NCBI GenBank assembly: GCA_002439085.1 | Contig: DJSW01000015.1 | Location: 25,393-89,392, forward strand | DNA: 64,000 nucleotides | Reading direction: 5' to 3' | Origin: Alphaproteobacteria bacterium UBA6324 | GTDB lineage: Bacteria > Pseudomonadota > Alphaproteobacteria > CAAGCB01 > CAG-977 | In this document: piece after piece, positions 24,709 to 33,500 of the stretch | How positions within the stretch are numbered: position 1 is the stretch's first letter | How the letters are laid out: every line of letters begins with the position of its first letter | Made by a program: the position numbers and the translations under genes | Notes under the pieces: model-generated | The model's input: the letters and a program-made list of their open reading frames with translations, nothing else | Told to the model about the DNA's origin: nothing | Databases searched by the model: none

Positions 24709-26475
24709 ATGTCGTATTTGGAAAACATCAATTCCCCCGCCGATTTGAAAAAGCTGGATGTTGCGGAGCTGCCCGCCGTCGCGGACGAACTGCGCGCCGT
24801 TCTGTTGCAAAAAATCAGCACGGCGGGCGGCCACATCGGCCCCAATTTGGGCATGGTCGAAGCGACCGTCGCCCTGCATTACGTTTTTAATTCACCCAGG
24901 GACAAGATCGTTTTCGACGTGTCGCACCAATCCTATGTCCACAAAATGCTGACGGGACGCAAACAGGCGTTCACCGACCCCGCGCATTATCACGACGTAA
25001 CGGGATACACCAATTCCGCCGAAAGCGAACACGATTTTTTCACCGTCGGTCACACCTCGACATCGGTCAGTCTGGCCTGCGGTTTGGCCAAAGCCCGCGA
25101 TTTGAAAGGTGAAAAGGACAACATCGTCGCGGTCATCGGCGACGGATCGCTGAGCGGCGGCGAAGCCTACGAGGGATTGAACAACGCGGTCGAAGCGGGC
25201 ACGAACATGATCGTCGTCGTCAACGACAATGAAATGTCGATCGCCGAAAACCACGGCGGGCTGTACAATAATCTGCGCAAGCTGCGCGAAACGGACGGCA
25301 AGGCGGAAAACAACTTTTTCAAAGCGATCGGGTTCGATTACGTCTATGTCGGCGACGGCAACGACACGGCCGCTTTGGTCGCGGCCTTCCGTTCGGTCAA
25401 GGATTCGCCCCGCCCCGTCGTCGTGCACATTCACACGCTGAAAGGCAAAGGGTTCGCTCCCGCCGAAGCGCACAAGGAAATGTACCATGCGGGCGGTCCG
25501 TTCGACCTGAAAACCGGCGAATGGAAATACCCGACGACCGGCGAGAATTACTGCAAAATCACGGCCGATTTTCTGCGTCCGAAAATGGAAAAGGACGAAA
25601 CGATCGCCGTCATCACGTCGGGCACGCCCGTCATCACGGGCTTCACCCCCGACGAACGCGTCAAGCTGGGCAAGCGGTTCATTGATGTCGGCATTGCCGA
25701 GGAACACGCCGTCGCGATGGCGTCCGGCATGGCGAAAAACGGCGCGAAACCCGTGTATTGCGTGTTCAGTTCTTTCATCCAGCGCACTTACGACCAGTTG
25801 TCGCAGGATCTGTGCCTGAACAACAATCCCGCCCTGATTTTGGTGTTTTCCGCCAGCCTGACGGGGTTCAACGACGCGACGCATCTGGGCGGTTTCGACA
25901 TTCCGATGATGTCGAACATTCCGAATCTGGTCTATCTCGCCCCGAAAAACCGCGACGAATACCTGTCGATGCTGGAATGGGGGTTGGAACAGCGCGAACA
26001 TCCTGTCGCAATCCGCGTCCCCGGCGGTTTCGGCATGGAGGAATTGTGGTCGGACGGTGAAAAGCCCGCCCCCGACTATTCCGCGATCAACACGTTTAAA
26101 ACGGACGTTACGGGCGAAAAGGTCGCTTTGTTGGCCTTGGGCGCGTTTTACCGTCTGGGCAAAGAGGTCGCCGCGGAACTGAAAAAATCAGGCGTTTCCG
26201 CGACGTTGATCAACCCGCGTTTTATCACGGGGTTGGACGAAACGGTACTGAACGGATTGAAAGAAAAACACAAACTGGTCGTCACGCTGGAGGACGGACA
26301 GGTCGAAGGCGGATTCGGCGAAAAAGTCGATCGTTTCTACGCCGGTTCGGATATGAAAGTCATGAACTACGGCGGAAAAAAGGAATTCACCGACCGCTTG
26401 ACACCCGACGAGATCCACGCGCGCTATCACCTGACCCCGCAACAGATCGCGGCTGAAATTCTGCAGGCGTTGTAA
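24709..26475 (+). CDS. 1-deoxy-D-xylulose-5-phosphate synthase-like TPP enzyme (divergent DXS family)
   Basis: Track ORF 24679..26475. The ATG at 24709 is preceded by AAGGAG. Motifs: GGHIGPNLGMVEATVALHYVF, DVSHQSYVHKMLTGR, the TPP motif GDGSLSGGEAYEGLNN, and a transketolase-like pyrimidine-binding and C-terminal domain. Confidence 0.8.
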   Translation: MSYLENINSPADLKKLDVAELPAVADELRAVLLQKISTAGGHIGPNLGMVEATVALHYVFNSPRDKIVFDVSHQSYVHKMLTGRKQAFTDPAHYHDVTGYTNSAESEHDFFTVGHTSTSVSLACGLAKARDLKGEKDNIVAVIGDGSLSGGEAYEGLNNAVEAGTNMIVVVNDNEMSIAENHGGLYNNLRKLRETDGKAENNFFKAIGFDYVYVGDGNDTAALVAAFRSVKDSPRPVVVHIHTLKGKGFAPAEAHKEMYHAGGPFDLKTGEWKYPTTGENYCKITADFLRPKMEKDETIAVITSGTPVITGFTPDERVKLGKRFIDVGIAEEHAVAMASGMAKNGAKPVYCVFSSFIQRTYDQLSQDLCLNNNPALILVFSASLTGFNDATHLGGFDIPMMSNIPNLVYLAPKNRDEYLSMLEWGLEQREHPVAIRVPGGFGMEELWSDGEKPAPDYSAINTFKTDVTGEKVALLALGAFYRLGKEVAAELKKSGVSATLINPRFITGLDETVLNGLKEKHKLVVTLEDGQVEGGFGEKVDRFYAGSDMKVMNYGGKKEFTDRLTPDEIHARYHLTPQQIAAEILQAL

Positions 26476-26494
26476 CGCGGCGAACTTAAACGGA

Positions 26495-26523
26495 AAAGGC
26501 GGGGTATATCCCCGCCTTTTTGT
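26495..26523 (+). terminator. bidirectional rho-independent terminator (DXS-like gene / virB11)
   Basis: AAAGGCGGGG-tatat-CCCCGCCTTT+TTTG. It is flanked by A-rich sequence on the other side. Confidence 0.85.
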
Positions 26524-26541
26524 TGTTTCCGTTCCTGTTTG

Positions 26542-27519
26542 TCAGGTCACTTCCGTCACCGCGCGGATGTTGCCCTGACGGTTGATTTGGACGACGCGCA
26601 GCTTGTCGTGCATTTCGGCAATCGTTTTTTCGCGGTCGATCGTCGGATAGCAGTGCAGGATGCGATCGGTGAACGCTTTATAGGCGGCTTCGGAGTTTTC
26701 GGCGTGGATGGTGGCGAAGCAGTTGTCGTGGCCGGAACCCATCAGCTCCCACAACGCCCCCGCGTTTGCCGTTGAAATTTCACCGCCGATGATCGCGTCG
26801 GGCGTGAAACGGACGACCAAGTCGATCAGTTTCGGATACGTCATCGTGTTCGTTTGTTCGGTACGCGACAACACCAAATGAACGTGATTCGGATGCGGCA
26901 CGATCAGTTCGCGCGTATCTTCAATCGTGATCACGCGTTTGTGCGAATCCAAAATCGTCAGCAGGTTGTTCAGAAACGTCGTTTTACCTGTCGCCGTCGC
27001 GCCGGAAACCAGAATGTGATCGCCGCGCTTGATCGACAAAATCAAACGTTCGTAAGGATCTTCGGGGTTTTCAACCTCTTTCAGCTTGTTCAGCTTTTGC
27101 AGACGCTCGCCGGCTTTCAACCCGTAATCGCCCAGCCCGAATTTAACGTCGTCGGAATGGACGCGGACGCACATCGCGATGCCGCCGGTCAAATCCTCGT
27201 TGTCGTACATGACGTTTTTTCCGGCGATGCCCGTGAAACGGTGATCCCCCGGCAGCGTCGCATAAACGGCGGGCGACCCTTGTTCCGGATCGAACGGCAG
27301 TTCAAACGTGTTGGCGATGATGTGCATGATATCCGTCAAATACGTCCGCGACAGGTTCGCGTCCTGCTGACACGCCCACGGGTGCGCGCGCCGGCCGCGC
27401 AGACGCAGCCAGATTTCATTCGGACGGTTGATCGCGATTTCCTCCACGTTGTCCTGTTCGTACCAATACGACAGGTAGCGCAGGGTTGACCGTAAAACCT
27501 GAAAAGCGTCCGTTCCCAT
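26542..27519 (-). CDS. virB11: type IV secretion ATPase VirB11
   Basis: 325 aa. Walker A SGATATGKTTFLNNLL, Walker B/Asp box RVITIEDTRE, His box GHDNCFATIHA. A GAAGGGGGAAAT SD precedes the ATG. It starts 15 nt after the virB10 stop. Confidence 0.9.
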   Translation of the reverse strand: MGTDAFQVLRSTLRYLSYWYEQDNVEEIAINRPNEIWLRLRGRRAHPWACQQDANLSRTYLTDIMHIIANTFELPFDPEQGSPAVYATLPGDHRFTGIAGKNVMYDNEDLTGGIAMCVRVHSDDVKFGLGDYGLKAGERLQKLNKLKEVENPEDPYERLILSIKRGDHILVSGATATGKTTFLNNLLTILDSHKRVITIEDTRELIVPHPNHVHLVLSRTEQTNTMTYPKLIDLVVRFTPDAIIGGEISTANAGALWELMGSGHDNCFATIHAENSEAAYKAFTDRILHCYPTIDREKTIAEMHDKLRVVQINRQGNIRAVTEVT

Positions 27520-27533
27520 ATTTCCCCCTTCGG

Positions 27534-30500
27534 TTAGAAGTCCAGTTCCGGCACGGGATCGACAGGTTCATCCTTTTTAACCTGCGTTTCCTGCTGCGGC
27601 ACCGGCTGCTGGAATTGCGGCTGTTGCTGCTGCGGTTTGTCGTCGATCAGATTGCTCTGGCGCGGCGGCGGCGGCTGGCCGGTGTAGTTGTTGTAGTATA
27701 TCTGCTGTTGTTGCTGCATATTGTTCGGATCGTTCGGGTTTGTCTGACTGCCCTGCGCGTTCGGATCAACCATGCCGCCGGCATCTTCGTCGTCCTTTTC
27801 GTTTTCATCCGGTTTGTCCGGATCGATCAAAACTTCTTTTTTGTTGATATACTCGTCTTCGTAATCTTCCATTTCACTGCGCAGCCACAAATCCGTTTTC
27901 GCGTAAACGGTGACGCGCGTGCCGGCTGGAACGAACAAACGCGTTTTCAGCTTTTTCGTTTCTTCAAACAAATCGTCAGCAACTTCCTGCATCACTTCGG
28001 AAAATCTGCTTCGCGCGTCTTCGGCGGCTTCCTGCCGGCCGGATTTGGCCACCTGTCCGCTTTCGCCGACGGCCGCGGTGTCATTCGTCGCCATCGCGTA
28101 CAAAATCGCCGACGAAACCGTCGATTGCAAAATCGGCAGCCCGTATTTCTTCAACAGCTGGCGATCCATATACGCGCCGACACCCGCGCGTCCCGACGCG
28201 TCGCCCGACACGCCGGATTCAAACACAAACGCCGCGCCGTCCGGACGAACCAGACGTTTCCACGAAATTTCGACCTTTGACGCCGAACCGACCTCTTCCT
28301 GCGCGGACGTTCCCGTCAATTCGCCGATAATGCGGCTGCCGGCGGGAATGATGATCTTGCGTCCGGATTCGGAATAGATGTTGCGTTCGACAATGGCCGA
28401 CAAGGGGATATCCGACTGTTCGGTGTCGATGGAACGCGCCAGAACCGCGGGAATCGCCTTGTCCGCCAAAATCGCGTTTTCCATGTTGACGCGGTACGAC
28501 GAAACGTTTTTCAAAATCCCCTGTTTGTTCCAGTTCCGGCTGCGCTTTTGTTTTTTCAGCGTATCCTCTTCCGTCGCGGACACGCCGATGCCTTTTCCGG
28601 GGCGGATTTGACGGCGGTAGGCCAGCTGCATCGCGCGCAGCTTTTTAATCCGCGCGGGATCGTAGCGTTCCCCTTTGCCGGTGCCGCCGCCGGAACCCAG
28701 ATTTTTGCCGCGGTAACGGTAGCTGTCCGGATCGAACGTGCCGAAAACGGAAACGCGGCCGTCCTTTTTATCCTCTTGCTTTTGATCGGGGGCGGGCGGA
28801 TTGATCGAACCGATGATGTTGCCGTCAAGGTCGATCACGTTGCCGTTCGCGTCCACGCGGCCAATGATGTTGCCGTTTTCATCCACAACCGTTCCGTCGG
28901 GTCTGATGACGCCGATTCGATTGCCGTTTTTGTCAAAGGCGAAACGCTTTCCTTTCAGCTTGTCGCTGAGCGGCGTCAGCTTGCCGCCTTTCCAAATTCC
29001 CAAAACGGTGCCGTCTTCGTCCACGATTTCGCCGTTGGCGTTGATCCGGCCGATCACGTTGCCGTCCAAATCGACGACACGGCCGTCGGGCATGATGACG
29101 CCGATGATGTTGCCGTTTTCGTCGCGGATGGGTTCGCCTTCGATCACGGAACCGATCACGTTGCCGTTCAGGTCAACGACCGTCCCGTCGGGCAGAACGC
29201 GGCCGATGATGTTGCCGTTCGCATCGCGGACGAAACCGTCTTCGCCGACAATGCCCAAAAACTTGCCGTCGCGCCCCACGGCGATTTTGACGTTTTTGGA
29301 TTGCGACGGCGGACTGGCGCGCCCGATCACGTTGCCGTTCAGATCAACGACCGTCCCGTCGGGCAGCATCCGCCCGATCACGTTGCCGTTCAGGTCAACG
29401 ACCGTTCCGTCGGGCAGGACGCGGCCGATCACATTGCCGTTCGCGTCATAAACCAGACGGTCTTCGCCGGCTTTGGTCAAAAAGTTGCCGTTCGCATCGA
29501 CGATGCCGTCTTCCAGCAAAGCGCGGCCGATCACGTTGCCGTTCATATCGACGACCGTCCCGTCGGGCAGCATCCGCCCGATGATGTTGCCGTTTTCATC
29601 GCGCAGGTATCCGTCTTCGCCGACAATGCCCAAAAACTTGCCGTCTGGGCTGAACACGGCGCCTTTCGGATAGACTTTGCCGATAATGTTGCCGTTCAGG
29701 TCGATGACCGTCCCGTCGGGCAGGACGCGGCCGACGATGTTGCCGTTCGCGTCGCGGATGAACCCGTCCGCGTCGATGACGCCCAAAGGCTTGCCGTCGG
29801 GGCCGTAAACCATTTTGCCGATCATGCTTTTCGGGAACAGCGAACCGTCGTCGTTTGTGCTGATCAGCGTGATCATGCACAAATGCGCCCCCGCGTTGTC
29901 CAACGCCTGACCGCTGGCCATCAAACGCCCCAAAACCTGCTGGCGGTCGTCAACGATCGTGCCGTCGAAATGCACTTTGCCGACGACGTTGTTCTTGCCG
30001 TCCTTACATTCCTCGCCGATCGGAACGACGCGCCCCAAAAACTTCCGTTCGTCCGTCAAAACGCGGGTGGAGGCCGTGACAAAGCCGACATCCTCGCCGC
30101 GGTCGTTCATCACGCGCCCGCGCGGCAGAACCGTGCCGACGATTTTACCGTCAACGGCGATGACCCGCCGTCCGGACGGCACGGAAACGCCCAGCCGCTT
30201 CCCGTCGTTTTTCAACTCTTCGCCGTCCAGCTCGCCGATAAAAGCACCGCCATCGGGATTGACGCCGTAACGTCCGCCCAAAACGCGCGCAATGATTTTG
30301 CCGTTGTCATCCACCGCGTATTTCAGATCCGCCGCAACGCCCAGAACCTTTTTATCCTTGTCCAAAACGGCGCCGTCCACCGTAAAGCATCCCAGCACGT
30401 TGCCCTGATCACCCAAAGCTTCGCCGTTGGCGACGATTTTTCCGATGATGTCGTCGGCGGGACCGCGCACCTGCCCTTTGGACACGACGCGCCCCAAACG

Positions 30501-33500
30501 TTTGCCGTTTTGATCCCTGACCAACCCTTCAAAATCGACGCAACCGAGCTTTTCGCCCTTGGTGTCGATCGCATTGCCCTGCGCCGTCATGCGCCCGATG
30601 ATTTTGCACGGTTCGTTGATGACGGAATCCTGTCCCAACGCCAGACCGATCTGCGCGTTGGACGCGTCCACCAGCGAACGGTCGTAGTTCAGCCGCCCGA
30701 TTTGACGGCCGGTCGTGTCGATCACTTTGCCCAGATCGTCGATCGTCCCCAACGTGCGGCACTGTTTCCCGACGGGAACGGCGTTGACCACGCCCTTGCC
30801 GATCACGACGCTGGCGGAATCCGCGATCGTGTCGTCGGCCTGCAGCGTGCCCAAAACGCGATCCGACCCCGCCGATTTCAGCTGGCCGGAAGAATCAATC
30901 TTGCCGATGACTTCGTTTTTAAAGTTCAGCCCCAGCCCGTCTTTGACCGCGTAGCCGATCACCGTGCCGTCCAGCGACACCACCGTGCCGTCCGGCATCA
31001 CGCGGCCGATCACGTTGCCTTTCAAATCGACGACCGTTCCGTCTGCCAGCACACGGCCGATCAGTTTGCCGTTTTCATCATAGACCAGCCGTTCGGGCGG
31101 CCCCGCGTGTCCGATCACGTTGCCGTTCAAATCAACAACCGTTCCGTCGGGCAACATCCGCCCGATCACGTTGCCGTCCAAATCGACGACCGTTCCGTCG
31201 GGCAAAACGCGACCGATGATGTTGCCGTCCTTGTCATAAACCAGACGTTCCAAAGTGTTGCCGATTTTGCCGATGACCTTGCCGCCGTCCTCGACGACCG
31301 ACCCGCCGGCGCGGTAACGCATCGGTTTGCCGTTGGGCCCCAAAACGGGGTTGCCGTCCTTGTCAACGATCGTGCCGTCAATGCCGACATAGCCGATGAT
31401 CTTGCCGTCGGGACCGATGATCGGCTGACCGACCGGAATAACTTCGCCGATCACGCGGCCGTCCTTGTCAACGACCTTGCCGTTCAGATCGGCCTTGCCG
31501 ATCACGCGGCCGGCGGCGTCAACGACCGTGCCGTCGGGCATGACGACGCCCAAAATCTCGCCATTGGGGCCGACGACCTGCCGCAAACCGACAAAAATCT
31601 TGCCGACGACCTTGCCGTCCTTGTTCACGATTTCGCCGGACGGCATTTTCAACCGCCCCAACGGACGGGAAAGCAGATCGACCGCCGCGCCGGACGGTAG
31701 CAGACGACCGATCGTTTCACTGGTTTTGATGTCGAAAACGTCGGCTTTGCGGGGGATGACGCCGCCGGTGATGCGGTCGTCTTCGCGCACCAAAGCGGCG
31801 ATTGTCACCGCCCCGACGAAATCCGTTCCTTTCAGATTCATCGCCTTGGCTATGGAATCGCCGCGGGCATACAGCTCCGGCTTGTCGTTGACGGCGATGC
31901 CCTCGGCCAGCGCCGCACCCAAAAACTTGTTGTCCGAATCGACAAAGACGGAATCGGGGCGCAAGCAACCGATCTGTTTGCCCGCGGCGTCGTACAGCGT
32001 CCCGTCGATTCCGGTGCGCCCCAGATAGGCGTCCTTGCGCCCGATCGCCCGCGCGCCGTACGCGACGCGCCCGAGGAAATCGCCGTTTTCGTCGGTCAGC
32101 ATATCGTTCATATGAATATAGGCGGCGCGTTTAAAATCCTTATCCACAACGCGGCCGTCAATCAATATGTCGCCCGCGGGCTGGCACGCCCCGCGCAAAG
32201 CGATCCCGCCCGTCGGCGCGACGCGCGCGACCGTTTGGCCGCTGAGATCGACAACCGATCCGTCCGGCATCGTCCGGCCGACCGTCGCGGCTTTGCCGTT
32301 GGATACGGAACCGTCCGGCATCACCCAACCGATCGTGCGGCCGTCGCGATCCAAAACACCGCCGAAAGGCATGATCATCCCCGACGCTTCGTTTTTGGAA
32401 TTCAAAACGACGCCGTAGGGATCCAGACATCCCAGAATCTTGCCCTGTTTATCTTGAACTTTGCCCGCCGCGTCCGTCAATCCGGCGACACGCCCGTCCG
32501 CGTTCAAAGCGACGGCGGTATCGAAAACGCGCCCCAAAACGACTTTCTGGTTGTCCAGAATTTCACCGTTCGCGGCCAAGCAACCGACAAATTCGCCCTT
32601 TGTCGTGATCATCTGCCCGTCCAGATTGGCGTACCCCAACGACATACAGCCGGGGCCGACGCCGATGTTCTGGCGCGCCAATGCGCCCTCCACCTTTCCT
32701 TCGGCGGACAGGAAACGCTTGTCGGGCAGGATGCGGCCTTTGATCTGGCCGTCGCCGACGACACTGCCGTCCGGCATGACGCGGCCGACAACGCCGCATT
32801 GGTCGCCGATAACCGTGCCGCGCGGCAAAACGGCGGCGATGATTTCTTCGGAATCGTCAACCACCGTGCCGTAAGGCGTCAGACAGCCCAAAGGATCGCC
32901 CTTGAAGTTGATCGGGCTGCCGTCCGAATCGACTTTGCCGATCACTTTGCCGTTCCAATCCAGCAAAGCCCCCTCTTGCACATAGCCGCCAACCGGATTG
33001 CCGGCCATATCGACGACCGTCATCGACGCCGTCAGCCGGCCGACCTGTTTGTTCGCGGACATGACGGAACCGTCCGTGCTGATCCGGCCGATCATTTTGC
33101 ATCCCGCGCCGATGGCCAAGCCCTCTTTGATCACGCGGCCGATGATGTTGCCGTCCTTGTCCACGACAAAACCGTTGGGCAAAACGCGGCCGATGATGTT
33201 GCCGTCCTTGTCCACGACCGTGCCGTCGGGCATGACGATGCCCAAAACGTTGCCCTGCGCGTCAACGACCGCGCCTTGCGGCATGACGGAACCGATGATG
33301 TTGCCGTTCGCGTCAACGATCGTGCCGTCGGGGTTGACATAGCCGATGATATTGCCGTTTTCATCGACGACCGTGCCGTCGGGCATGATCCGCCCGATCG
33401 GATTGCCGTTTTTATCGTAAGCGATGCCCGTTCTGACCGCCGCGCCGATCACGTTGCCGTTCAAATCGACGATCGTTCCGTCGGGCAAAGCGTAACCGAT

